The notes under the pieces: generated by a model
Seen by the model: only the letters and a program-made list of their open reading frames with translations
Told to the model about the DNA's origin: nothing
The model's database searches: none
Assembly (NCBI RefSeq): GCF_006345805.1
Contig: NC_043022.1
Coordinates: 15,314,001-15,378,000 of the forward strand
Direction of reading: 5' to 3'
Length of the DNA stretch: 64,000 bases
DNA from: Octopus sinensis
Taxonomy: Eukaryota
Position numbers and translations under genes: made by a program
Shown here: in pieces, positions 49,585-62,164 of the stretch
How the letters are laid out: every line of letters starts with the position of its first letter
Position numbering within the stretch: the first letter of the stretch is position 1

Positions 49585-49740
49585 TTGGCTGTGAGGTAAG
49601 TAGCTTGCTTACCAACCACATGGTTCCAGGTTCAGTCCCACTGCGTGGCACCTTGGGCAAGTGTCTTCTGCTATAGCTTCGGGCCGACCAATGCCTTGTG
49701 AGTGGATTTGGTAGACGGAAACTGAAAGAAGCCTGTCGTA

Positions 49741-49789
<49 letters not shown>

Positions 49790-49880
49790 ATATGTTTGTG
49801 TGTCTGTGTTTGTCCCCCTAGCATTGTTTGACAACTGATGCTGGTGTGTTTACGTCCCCGTCACATAGCGGTTCGGCAAC
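49585..49880 (+). mobile_element. SINE family A, 3' truncated
   Basis: Stops after gcggttcggcaa. Confidence 0.85.
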
Positions 49881-50565
49881 CCTTGCCTGTTTCCCATGCA
49901 AAGAATGTCTGGTTCCACACATCTTGGACTGTGCAAAGCCATTATACAATGCCTTGACAAAGCAAACGACAACATCACCACCATTTGTGGCTGATGGTAT
50001 TCTGAGAATGCCAACAGAAGCTTCAGAACCATAAGGCTATGAAGCAAACTTCTTTGCCAAAACAGTTATTCTTTCTTTTTAATCAACAGATGCAACATTC
50101 ATCTCACAAAATTAACCACACTTGATTGTTCTTGCCATTATTATGTTGTGCCAATCAGGTCTGCTTTCACCGGGCTTCTGTCACAATGCCAACAGACGGA
50201 GGAATCGTTATCCAATTGGTTTCCATAGTAATGTCATCCTGCCTTCGTTACACGATGACATCACCTGTTTGTTCTTCCCAGCTTTCCTTTCCTGTCCGTC
50301 CTTTCCATCTGCAAGTTTTATGTCAGAGTATGCGTCTCCTAAAAGAACTGCCATCCCCTACAGTTCATGTCAAAGATAACAGGAGCCTCCTTTACCATAG
50401 CCGGGGCCCTAACAGGCACTACCATTCAAGGTCAGCATAGACCTGGACTAATGGTAATTAAGGAGTCACTCTATGCTCTCCACAACTCCAGGACTGGAGT
50501 CTCACCACCAAATGCAGTATACTGAGGATGTGTGTGTGTGTGTGTGTGTGTATCATCATACTAAT

Positions 50566-50765
50566 TTTGTCAGTGAACAGGTCACGGCCTCAAAGCAACA
50601 AAAATATTTTGGTAAATTAAATTTAAATCTTGAAGTGAATCTAACGGTTTTCGTGTGTTTCTTAAATGGCTTATAAGCACCTTCCACGCTGCAAGTGTTT
50701 TTGTTCCAGCACACGATCTCAGATCAGGTCACTTGCTAAGCAAGTACATCTACGTAAAACATACA
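50566..50765. mobile_element. Foldback-family MITE arm (related to 61700-61974)
   Basis: tgaagtgaat..gtgtgtttcttaaatggcttataagcaccttccacgctgcaagtg..cagcacacgatctcagatc. Confidence 0.75.
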
Positions 50766-50942
50766 AATAAATACATAAATCACTTATATTTTTTGCTGAA
50801 CAATATACATATTAAAAAAGTAGTTTTAGGATTGGTGCGTTAGTGAAAAGAAACTAAAAACCGAAATCCAAGTCTTTGAATTAAATTTTCAAAACCCCAG
50901 CATTCCATTTTGCGACCCATAGTTTAAGAAACGCTGCTTTAA

Positions 50943-51162
50943 CCCTTTGGTGTTCGCATTATTCTGCCAAAGTTAATGCTTTTTCATCCACTTTGTTTTG
51001 AACTAATCTTGCATTATCTTGTAACTATGAAAATTTGATGAGGTAGCTGTTGATTTTTAAAACGATATTGTAGGGTTGGTGTGAGAGACCAGATATGGCC
51101 ATACACACATAAAACAGGCAGAATACTTTTGGCCGGATATGACCGGTTTAAATGCTAAAGGG
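50943..51162. mobile_element. piggyBac-like MITE, second family
   Basis: TTAA|CCCTTT...AAAGGG|TTAA. Confidence 0.75.
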
Positions 51163-51451
51163 TTAACGAATCTTCTGAAGTACTCATGTGCTGGAACTTT
51201 TTTGCAATTTAAATATTTTGGAAATCCTTCTTCCACTTAATGGAACATTTATGTATTCACCAAGCCGTATCCCAATCAAATGTTAAACATGCAACTCTAC
51301 AGAAGAAAATCAATATCTTCAATATTGACTTTCCCTGGAAAGTTGTATGTTTATTCACAAACCGATCCCTGCACTGGAGAGGCTAATGACGTCGGATGAG
51401 AGATTTGAACTTTCATTGTCTTGGTTACGGCTTCTGTTTATATTCGTTTAT

Positions 51452-51824
51452 ACTTTTACTTGTTTCAGTCATTTGACTGCTGCCATGCTGGAGCACCGCC
51501 TTGAATTATTAGCTGAATGAATCGACCCCAGTATTCACATTTTTTTCAAAGCCTGGCACTTATTCTATCGGTCTCTTTTGCCGAACCGCTAAGTTACAGG
51601 GATGCAACAAACACACCAACACTAGTTGTCAAGCGGTGATGGGAGGGTGACAAACTGACACACTCACCCCCATATATATACGATGGGCTTCTTTCAGTTT
51701 CCATCCACCAAATCCACTCACAAGGCTTTGGTCGGCCTGAGGCTATAGTAGAAAACACTTGTCCAAGATGCCACGCAGTAGGACTGAACCTGGAACCATG
51801 TGGTTGGTAAGCAAGCTAATTACT

Positions 51825-51859
<35 letters not shown>

Positions 51860-52012
51860 CTATATATATACATATATATATACATACATATATATATATA
51901 TGATGGGCTTCTTTCAATTTCCATCTACCAAATCCACTCACAAGGCTTTGGTCAGCCCGAGGCTATAGTAGAAAGCACTTGCCCAATGTGCTATGCAGTG
52001 GGACTGAACCCA
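51452..52012 (-). mobile_element. SINE family A plus an extra head
   Basis: Copy at 51452-51811; second head at 51900-52012. Confidence 0.82.
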
Positions 52013-52278
52013 CAACCAGGAAATTAACACGCAAGTGGCTGAGCACTCCACAGACACACGTACCCTTAATGTTGTTCTTGGGGTGATACAGCGTGACACA
52101 CTGAATGTGATAAAGCTGGCCCCTTTTGAATTAAAAGGTACAACTCATTTTTGCCTGGACTGGAGCAACATGAAATAGAGGGTCTTGCTGAAGAACACAA
52201 AATGCAGCCTGGTATCAAATTCATGTCCAACCATGCGATCGGGAGCCAACGGGGACAAACACACACATACAGTAGAAG

Positions 52279-52658
52279 CACTCCGTCGGTTACGAAGACA
52301 AGGGTTCCGGTTGATCCGAATCAACAGAACAGCCTGCTCGTGAAATTAACGTGTAAGTGGCTGAGCACTCCACAGACACATGTACCCTTAACGTAGTTAT
52401 CGGGGATATTCAGCGTGACACAGAGAGTGACAAGGCCGGCCCTTTGAAATACAGGTTCAACAGAAACAGGAAGTAAGAGTGAGAGAAAGTTGTGGTGAAA
52501 GAGTACAGCAGGGATCACCACCACCCCCTGCCGGAGCCTCGTGGAGCTTTTAGGTGTTTTCGCTCAATAAACACTCACAACGCCCAGTCTGGGAATCGAA
52601 ACTGCGATCCTATGACCGCGAGTCTGCTGCCCTAACCACTGGGCCATTGCGCTTCCAC
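52279..52658 (-). mobile_element. SINE family D, full length
   Basis: Reverse complement of 33109-33473; partial D variant adjacent at 52022-52235. Confidence 0.88.
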
Positions 52659-53043
52659 ACACACATACACGTTGTCCATAAATAAATTCCTGCGGCGCTT
52701 CTGTTTCAGCCATCTGAAGACAGGCAGTTCCTTGTTTCCTAAACATGGAGTTTGTTTTGCGCTTGAATAAGAAGAAGCTGCACTGCTTAAGCGGTCAATT
52801 CCAAAGCCAAAAAAAACCAAGAAAACTGACAAAGACATTTTTACAGGTCAAGGAAGACCAAACAGTTATGCTCTAATGAACATGGAGTTTTAACATTAAC
52901 ATCGGCAGGAAGTAGACATTTCCAGGATCTCTTAAGAAGTCTGTCCATGCCAAATATCAGAAAATGCATCCTTGCTGAAGCACCATTTTTCCAGTGGAGT
53001 TTCTACACAAAGTTCAGTCGTTATAAATGGAGATTTATTATAG

Positions 53044-53445
53044 GCGTAGGAGTGGCTGGATGGTAAGTAGCTTGCTAACCAACCACATGGTTCCGGGTTC
53101 AGTCCCACTGCGTGGCATCTTGGGCAAGTGTCTTCTGCTATAGCCCCGGGCCGACCAATGCCTTGTGAGTGGATTTGGTAGATGGAAACTGAAAGAAGCC
53201 TGTCATATATATGTATGTATATATATGTGTGTGTGTGTGTCTGTGTTTGTCCCCCTAGCATTGCTTGACAACCGATGCTGGTGTGCTTATGTCCCCGTTA
53301 CTTAGCGGTTCGGCAAAAGAGACTGATAGAATAAGAACTGGGCCTACAAAGAATAAGTCCCGGAGTCGATTTGTTCGACTAAAGGCGGTGCTCCAGCATG
53401 GTCGCAGTCAAATGACTGAAACAAGTAAAAGAATAAAAAGAATAA
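53044..53445 (+). mobile_element. SINE family A, full length
   Basis: Matches the consensus. Confidence 0.9.
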
Positions 53446-53847
53446 AAAATCCAAAGATGTTGTCAAATTAATGTGAAAGGCCATATTTTCCCTGGCAGCA
53501 CATGAAAAGAACTTCAACATGGCTTTATAGGAGACCAACAACAACTACAACAACAAATGCTGTAGTCACAGCACTCAGTTCTTTGTTTGAGCTCATGTAA
53601 AATACACACACACACACTAATAAACTATACTAAGAGGAAGAATACACACACACACACACCACACATATATATATAGGTGCAGGAGTGGCTATGTGGTAAG
53701 AAGCTTGCTTCCCACCCACATGGTTCGGGGTTCAGTCCCACTGCATGGCACCTTGGGTAAATGTCTTCTACTATAGCCTTGGGCCAACCAAAACCTTATG
53801 AGTGGATTTGGTAGATGGAAACTGAAAGAAGCCCGTCATATATATAT

Positions 53848-54407
53848 ATCAAAGTGACACTAGGGCAAAATATACGGAGCCCAGTATACCCATCATGACA
53901 ACCCATCTGATAAGGGTACACCAGGCACATGCATCAAAACCATATGTGCATGACATGGTGATCTCATATCAAGATAAACAGTGCATGACCTTGCAGGTGG
54001 GACCCAGTTAGAATTTTCTTCAGGTCAAGTAGCCCATCTCACTCAAAAGGTCGCTGAATAAGGGTTGTTTAAGGACGTTGAACAAAACAGCCATGTTTCC
54101 AGAGGTGAATTATTCAAACCCCAAAGAATCCCTCTCAACACATGGCTATGATGCTCCCCCACTACTTCTGCTCGTGATCAGAGATGCACATATCGTCAGC
54201 CACTAAGGGACATGCTCAACTGGTTAAGGTCAAACAACTGACAAGCAAATCTGTGGTATTGAGCAGAATATTTGCTGTAGCCCATCTTTTATACCAAGAC
54301 AAAACAATGTACATGATAACACTTCCAATCAGTTAAGATCAGAAGCCATGAGAGCCACTGCCTGGTACTGCATCAGGGCATTTATTATTATTATCATTAT
54401 TATTATT
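53848..54407 (+). mobile_element. Family E repeat with (ATT)n tail
   Basis: Inverted, highly similar copy of 12568-13103. Confidence 0.78.
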
Positions 54408-54409
54408 GT

Positions 54410-55190
54410 GTTGAACTGGCAGAATTGTTAGCATGCTGATTGAAATGCTTAGCGGTATTTCGTCTGTCTATGTTCTGAGTTCAAATTCCACCGAGGTCGA
54501 CTTTGCCTTTCATCCTTTCAGGGTCAATAAATTAAGTACCAGTTACACACTGGAGTCGATGTAATCGACTTAATCCCTTCCCCTAAATTTGGGGCCTTGT
54601 GCTTCCAGTAGAAAGGATTATTGTTGTTGTTATTATTGTTGTTGTTGGTATTGTTGTTATTATTTTTGTTGTTGGTATTGTTGTTGTGTTGTTGTTGTTA
54701 TTATTGTTGTTGTTGTTGGTATTATTGTTGTTATTATTATTGTTGTTGTTGTTGTTGTTATTATTAAGGCAGTGTGCTGGCAGAAATATTCACACATCGG
54801 AGAAAAAAGCTTTTTGACAGCTCTTTACATTCTGAGTTGAAATTCTGCCCAGGTCAACTTTGCCTTTCATCCTTTCCGGGGTCAATAAAATAAGTACCAG
54901 TTGTATACTAAGGTCAATGTAATCGACTAACACCTCCACTCAAATTGCTAACCTCATTGCCAAAGTTTGAAACAACCATCCCCATCATAATTCTAATTGA
55001 AGACGGCAAACGAACAGAGAACAGAATCATTAGGATATCGGATGAAATGCCAAACGACATTTCTTCCAGCTCTGACACGTTGAGTTGAAATACCACCGAG
55101 GTCAACTCAGCCTTTCATCACTTCAGGGTTCGTGAAATAAGAACCAGTTAAACCTTGAGGTCAATACAGTCGACTTGCTAATCTCCTGCC
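54410..55190 (+). mobile_element. Three family-B-type SINEs separated by (GTT/ATT)n
   Basis: B body at 54410-54615, 54768-54970 and 55075-55195. Confidence 0.75.
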
Positions 55191-55197
55191 GAAATTG

Positions 55198-56035
55198 GAA
55201 ACATCATCATCATCATCGTTTAACGTCCATTTTCCGTGCTAGCATGGGTTGGACAGTTCGACCTGGGTCTGGGAAGCCAGGAGGCTGCACCAGGCTCCAG
55301 TCTGATCTGGCAGTGTTTCTACAGCTGGATGCCCTTCCTAACGCCAACCACTCCGCGAGTGTAGTGGGTGCTTTTTACGTGCCACCGGCACAGGTGCCAG
55401 GGGAGTCTGGCAGAGGCCACGATTGGTTGGTGCTTTTTACGTGCCACCGGCACAGAAGCCAGTCAAGGCAGTGCTGGCATCGGCCATGTTCGGATGATGC
55501 TTTTTACGTGCCACCAGCACAGGTGCCAGGGGAGTCTGGCAGCGGCCACGATTGGTTGGTGCTTTTTACGTGCCACCAGCACGGAAGCCACATTCGGATG
55601 GTGCTTTTTACGTGCCACCAGCACAGAAACCAGTCAAGGCAGCACTGGCATCGGCCACGTTCGGATGGTGCTTTTTACGTGCCACCAGCACGGAAACCAG
55701 TCAAGGCAGCACTGGCATCGGCCACGTTTGGATGGTGCTTTTTACGTGCCACCAGCACGGAAACCAGTCAAGGCAGCGCTGGCATCGGCCACGTTCGGAT
55801 GGTAATTTTTACGTGCCACCAGCACGGAAACCAGTTGAGGCAGCGCTGGCATCGGCCACGTTTGGATGGTGCTTTTTATGTGCCACCGGCACAGGTATCA
55901 CAACTACTATTTCCATTGATATTTATTTCAATGTTCATGTACTTGACTCAATAGGTCTCCTCAAGCACAGCGGGTTGTTCTGAAATCCAAGGTACTTGAA
56001 TGGGCTGGGGCTATGTGGAACTGGTGCAGGGAGCA
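55198..56035 (-). mobile_element. Long family C element with internal array of 62/67-bp units
   Basis: (cat)n tail at 55201; core gtgctttttacgtgccacc(a/g)gcac at 55368, 55430, 55497, 55559, 55601, 55668, 55735, 55802 and 55869. Confidence 0.88.
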
Positions 56036-56105
56036 GCTATTATTATTATTATTATTAATTAGAAGTTACAGAGTAACTCGAAGACTGAGATTTTTCGTGT
56101 ATAGT

Positions 56106-56500
56106 ACAGGTGCAAGTGCAGTTGTGTGGTAAGAAGAGCTTGCTTCCCGACCACATAGTCCCGGGTTCAGTTCCACTGCGTGGCACCTTGGGCACGTGTC
56201 TTCTTCTTTAGCCTCCGGCCGACCAATGTCTTGTCAGTGGATTTGGTAGACGGAAACTGAAAGAAGCCCATCATATATACACATGTGTACGTCTTTGTGG
56301 TTTTCGTTTATCCCTCACCATCGCTTGACAACCAGTGTTGCTGAGTACCCGTAACTTAGCAGTTCGGCAAAAGGGACCGACAAAATAAGTACCGGGCTTA
56401 AAAGAAGAAAACAGCATGTCCTGGGATCGATTCAGTCGACTAAAAATTCTTCACGGCTGTGCCCCAGCATGGCCGCAGTCTAACGACCGAAACAAGTAAA
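56106..56500 (+). mobile_element. SINE family A, older
   Basis: Degenerate match to the consensus. Confidence 0.8.
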
Positions 56501-56537
56501 ATGATAGTACGGAGTAATTCTTGTTTATCCAGTCTGT

Positions 56538-56590
<53 letters not shown>

Positions 56591-56601
<11 letters not shown>

Positions 56602-58230
56602 ATGTATGTATGTATGAATGAATGTATGTATATATACACGTATACACATATGGTGTGTTAAAAATAATCTCGGTTATTTTTGTCTTCCACGATATTAAAG
56701 CAGGCGAGACAGAGAGAGGGCTGACAGGTGAAATAGTATGAAGACCTTAGAAAAGATTTTCTCACACACTTTCCTCACATCGCTGCTCATTGAAATACCT
56801 GGGACAATCGTGCTATTTTGCAAGTTGTTCTGTTTAATTAAGAGAAAAATACATAAGAATAGTAAATGTCGTATATGACAATAAAAGAGAAAAAATGATA
56901 AACTGTGAACCGTCGACGGTGTGGAAGTCAAGCGTGTAGCAGAGTACGAAATTATGCGAAGTGTAAATCTGTGCAGATCAAAGAGACAAGGTATTCTGTT
57001 GAAAACCCCCCAAGTTAACCGTGAGCCAGTGAAATATCTTACGACGAAAGGTATTCAGCAAGTCTATTTCTGTCATGGTATTTCTAGAACTACATTATCT
57101 AGTGTGTGCCTTTCCCACCACCACTACACACATACACACACACACTATTTATTCTTTTTAATGGTTAACCCTTCGGTATTGGTACACATCATTCACCTAC
57201 AAAAACTTCCGATACAGATAAAGAGGTTAAGCTGGAAAAAAATCGGTGAATGAAGACCAATATCGGATCGCCCTTAAAACAAACGTAGGGTGTGTCTGAA
57301 CGAATGTTCGCCCTTATTAGTAGAATCAAATCGCCACGCAGTCCGGTAGTTGACTGGGCAAAACCTAAAATGTCTCAGGTGTACACATACACATTATATA
57401 TATATATATATATTATATATATATATAATACATGTATGTATGTATGTATGAATGAATGTATGTATATATACACGTATACACATATGGTGTGTTAAAAATA
57501 ATCTCGGTTATTTTTGTCTTCCACGATATTAAAGCAGGCGAGACAGAGAGAGGGCTGACAGGTGAAATAGTATGAAGACCTTAGAAAAGATTTTCTCACA
57601 CACTTCCTCACATCGCTGCTCATTGAAATACCTGGGACAATCGTGCTATTTTGCAAGTTGTTCTGTTTAATTAAGAGAAAAATACATAAGAATAGTAAAT
57701 GTCGTATATGACAATAAAAGAGAAAAAATGATAAACTGTGAACCGTCGACGGTGTGGAAGTCAAGGCGTGTAGCAGAGTACGAAATTATGCGAAGTGTAA
57801 ATCTGTGCAGATCAAAGAGACAAGGTATTCTGTTGAAAACCCCCCAAGTTAACCGTGAGCCAGTGAAATATCTTACGACGAAAGGTATTCAGCAAGTCTA
57901 TTTCTGTCATGGTATTTCTAGAACTACATTATCTAGTGTGTGCCTTTCCCACCACTACTACACACATACACACACACACTATTTATTCTTTTTAATGGTT
58001 AACCCTTCGGTATTGGTACACATCATTCACCTACAAAAACTTCCGATACAGATAAAGAGGTTAAGCTGGAAAAAAATCGGTGAATGAAGACCAATATCGG
58101 ATCGCCCTTAAAACAAACGTAGGGTGTGTCTGAACGAATGTTCGCCCTATTAGTAGAATCAAATCGCCACGCAGTCCGGTAGTGACTGGGCAAAACCTAA
58201 AATGTCTCAGGTGTACACATACACATTATA
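56591..58230. repeat. 834-bp near-perfect tandem duplication of unique sequence
   Basis: atggtgtgtt at 56650 and 57484; outside microsatellites I see only 4 single-base indels and 1 substitution. Confidence 0.95.
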
Positions 58231-59045
58231 TATATATATATATATATATAATTGGATTAAGTTTTGGGTTTTAGTTCCAAATAAACTAGAAATAACGAGC
58301 AGATATAAGGTTACATTTTTTTTCTTTTAACAGATGAAAGGAATGTAGAATATAGAGCAAATGGAGGCCCCTTTTATCTCTATTTCCCGTTCGACGCACC
58401 TGGCCAACATTCAGTTTAAGAAAAGTGTTTTGGTTAACAACTAAGACGATGGCCATACAACTCAGACACGACACTGTAACCATTCTAGGGTGAGATATGA
58501 TCGCCACAAATTCACATGAAATCCACGCCCCTTCAAGAAAAATCCGAGCAAACGTGCCCAGGTGAGAAGTCATTTGTAGCCGTGCGAGTGTGTGTGTGTG
58601 TGTGTTGCGTGTCTCTATATGTGTGTGTATATGTCTGTGTGTGTACACGTTGATCTTAGCCAAAAGACAAGGTGCGCGTATTAATTAAAATGCATTTATA
58701 TTTTCATAAAACCTTATTTTTAATTTATTGGTGCATCAAACTTCGTTTATAATCACATTATCACATTCAAGGTATTGTCGCATCTTATAAACCCCTTGTG
58801 CGTGTGTGCGCGTACGCACATTATATATATATATATATACACACACATACACACACGTGCGTGTTTGTCTGTGCCTGCCCATGTATGTGTAGTAGTCATC
58901 CTCGTACATATACACACACGTATACACAAGATTATATATATATATGTATATATATTTAATAAACGAAGGAATAGAGAAATCACAGCAGACTATATACATA
59001 CATATATATAGGTGTATATATATGTATGTATATATATATCTATAT

Positions 59046-59079
<34 letters not shown>

Positions 59080-59187
59080 AAAGTGACAGAGAAATCATAG
59101 CAAAGTATATAAACAGATACATATATATATATATGCTCACACACATTTGGACGCATAGAGAAAGAGAGTCGCAAAATAATTACTCAC

Positions 59188-59458
59188 CTGTAATTTAGCC
59201 AAAGAAGCCAATTAAAAGGTAAACGATAGCCGTAGTAACAATGTTTGGTGATACAGTAATACGAATCCGTTCGATTTCGCTGGATAGAAGATATTTCCTC
59301 CTCACGTAATCGTCTCACGTCGGAGGGCGATGACTATATTAGCCGTTGTATGCGTCTAAGTAACTTCTTGGCCACTAAATCTTACCAAATTACCGACATA
59401 AAGAAGACAGCTTTGTAGTCTCACACTAGACCGGCCGCCATGTTTGTTGACGGAAACT
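59188..59458 (-). other. Candidate non-coding first exon of a minus-strand gene
   Basis: Ends at a strong donor CAG|GTGAGT (plus strand tactcac|ctg, 59181-59190); CpG-rich and TE-free; only short uORFs. Confidence 0.5.
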
Positions 59459-59570
59459 GCTGACAGCTACGGAGGCCTTTAAGGGTAGTAATTAGAGACT
59501 GACTAATGCGGCTGGTTTCTTGTTCTCGTACATATGCGGGTGTATGTGTGTACGCGCGGGCGCGTACATA
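59430..59570 (-). promoter_or_regulatory. Candidate TATA-less Pol II promoter (Inr-like + YY1 motif)
   Basis: Minus strand reads GCAGTTT (Inr-like, A at 59458), then AAACATGGCGGC (YY1-type CCGCCATNTT at 59435-59444) about 18 nt downstream; palindrome gtacgcgc-gg-gcgcgtac at 59550-59567. Confidence 0.55.
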
Positions 59571-59578
59571 TGCATATG

Positions 59579-59609
<31 letters not shown>

Positions 59610-59671
59610 ATATATATATATATATAATATATATATATATATATGTGTCTGTGTGTGTGTATGTATGTATG

Positions 59672-59708
<37 letters not shown>

Positions 59709-59748
59709 ATGTATGTATATATATTATATATATATATATATAATATAT

Positions 59749-59782
<34 letters not shown>

Positions 59783-59824
59783 ATACAGGGTGCGTAGAAT
59801 ATTTGAGAATAGATTTATGTTTAT

Positions 59825-59855
<31 letters not shown>

Positions 59856-59863
59856 TAATAGAT

Positions 59864-60074
59864 ACTCTTTTACTTGTTTCAGTCATTTGACTGTGGCCAT
59901 GCTGGAGCATCGCCTTTTGTCGAGCAAATCGACCCCAGGACTTATTCTTTGCAAGCCTAGTACTTATTCTATCGGTCTCTTTTTGCCGAACCGCTATGTT
60001 ACAGGGACGTAAACACACCACCATCGGTTGTCAAGCAATGAAGGGGAGACAAATAAACACACACACATACATAT

Positions 60075-60111
<37 letters not shown>

Positions 60112-60570
60112 GAAGGGTGAAATTAATTAATTTGGAATAATTATCAATTACACCAAGCAGTCTTCGGCATGTAAAAGCCTCAAACCCTTTATTGCTTAGT
60201 ATTACTATATTATATATATATATATATATACACAAACTTAGTTTGATTTGATTTGATTTGAAAACCCCACTAGAATGGGAGAAAGCGCTAATGATCTAAA
60301 TGATATGATATATATATAAAAAATGTAATATATAAATAAATATCTGTAAATATAAACCATCCGATCTTCTGTGTACCTCATTTCTTCTAATATATATACA
60401 TATATATACGACGGGCTTCTTTCAGTTTCCGTCTACCAAATCCACTCACAAGGCTTTGGTCGGCCCGAGGCTATAGTAGAAGACACTTTCCCAAGGTGTC
60501 ACACAGTAGGAATGAACCTGGAACCATGTGGTTGGTAAGTAAGCTACTTACCACACAGCCACTCCTGCAC
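59864..60570 (-). mobile_element. SINE family A split by an AT-rich insert
   Basis: Tail and body at 59864-60060; head at 60405-60570. Confidence 0.8.
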
Positions 60571-60625
60571 CTTTATTTATCAAAAAATGCTTTGAGGATA
60601 AAAATAAACCTTCTTTTCTATAATG

Positions 60626-61675
60626 TTATTCAATAAATCCACTTTCAGCTTCAATGAATGCGTCTATATAAGATCTAAACCATCTACATGCTCGAATCAA
60701 GTGGTCCTGGTTTCATTTTGGACATTACTCTGACTATGGCAGCTTTCAAAGAATCTTTGGCGCTATGGGCATGTTCATTGACCTCTCTCTCAACAATGCT
60801 CCACATGTAATAGTCCAATGGATTGAGATCTGGGGAATTAGGAGGCCAAATGTTAGGGGTTATGTGATCATGAAAATTTTCAGCCATCCATTCCTGTGTT
60901 ACTAGAGCCATGTGTGATAATGCAGAGTCTTAATGAAACACATGTGGCCTTCCTTTGCATACACTGTCTATCCAGGGCTTAGCAATTGTTTCCAGGACCT
61001 CAATGTAGGTGGCAGAGTTAACTCTAAGACCTTGGGGAAAGAAGTAAGGAGGCATTACATGTCCTTCATTGCTGACAAGCCCTAATACCATGACAGTTGC
61101 TAGAAATTTTGTATGCATAACACTTGGAACTTTAGAAGGGTCTGCACATAACCATCTGTCATTTCTTCTGTTAACTTTTTGATTTTGGTCTAAGTTTTTC
61201 TCGTTTGACAAAAAACCAAATCAAATTTTCTTCTGCAGAATTTTTCAGTTTGTTTAAGAGCCTTTTAGATCTGATGTAGTGATTTTCTTTTGCTTTTTCT
61301 GACAAATTGACCTTTCCTCATCATATAAGACTTATATCTGATGTCTTTGTGGACAACATTTCTGACTGTTCCTTCTGACACATGGAGATCTTTTAAAATT
61401 GACCTCATGGACTTTCTGAGATTGTAATCAATGGTCTGTTGAACTTACTGGATAAATTCAGGTGTTCTGATGATTTCAGAGCATTTAGAATGCTTTTCAT
61501 GCTTTGATACTGGTGATACGTTTCCATTTTCAGTCTCTCGCTCCTTACAAACTTTGTAGATGAAAGATCTGGCAACTTTTAAAAATCGAGATATTTTAAA
61601 ATCGCTGTGCTTAGCCTTTATAACCACAATAACTACTTAGTTCTTCATTTCTCGAGTAAGCTGAGGGTCTGACAT
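60626..61675 (-). pseudogene. Tc1/mariner-superfamily transposase, D,D37D (maT-type), multiple stops and frameshifts
   Basis: VMVLGLVSNEGHVMPPYFFPQGLRVN..WI..VFH*DSALSH..WPPNSPDLNPLDYYMW..IEAESGFIE*; 37 residues between the second D and the D of PLD. Confidence 0.92.
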
Positions 61676-61766
61676 TATTATATTCTGAAACAAAGATTAT
61701 ACATTATGGAGATGTACTCGCATAGCAAGTAATTTGATCTGAGATCGTGTGCTGAAACGAAAACAC

Positions 61767-61974
61767 TTGCAGCGTGGAAGGTGTTTATAAGCCATTTAAG
61801 AAACACACAAAAGCCGTTCGATTCACTTCAACATTTAAGTTTAATTTGTCAAAATATTTTCATCGCTTTAAGACCACAACCTGTTCTTTTGACAAATGAA
61901 ACTTAAATGTTGAAGTGAATCGAACAGCTTTTGTGTGTTTCTTAAATGGCTTACAAACACCTTCCACGCTGCAA
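61767..61974. repeat. Foldback element: 88-bp arms, 32-bp spacer
   Basis: 61767-61854 vs reverse complement of 61887-61974, with 3 mismatches. Confidence 0.92.
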
Positions 61975-62164
61975 TTGTTATACAGGGTTAGCAAAAGTGC
62001 AGCAATGACTCAAAAAAGGTATGTCCTCAATTACCTTACACACCCTGCATATATATGCATATGTGTGTGTATATATAAATACACATATATGCATACATAA
62101 GTGCATGTATAAACATATATATATATATATATACATACATACATTCATACCTATATATATATTC

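Larger units (their letters stand above)
59786..62047 (-). mobile_element. Putative extent of decayed maT-type transposon with nested SINEs/MITE
   Basis: TA|cagggtgcgtag at 59786 and cttacacaccctg ending at 62047 are TIR-like and bracket the transposase; the pairing is inferred. Confidence 0.4.

Noticed and set aside
55368-55895. Repeat-spacer pattern resembling a CRISPR array
   Set aside because: Spacers are not unique (two recurring types), the array lies inside a retroposon, the context is eukaryotic and there are no cas genes.
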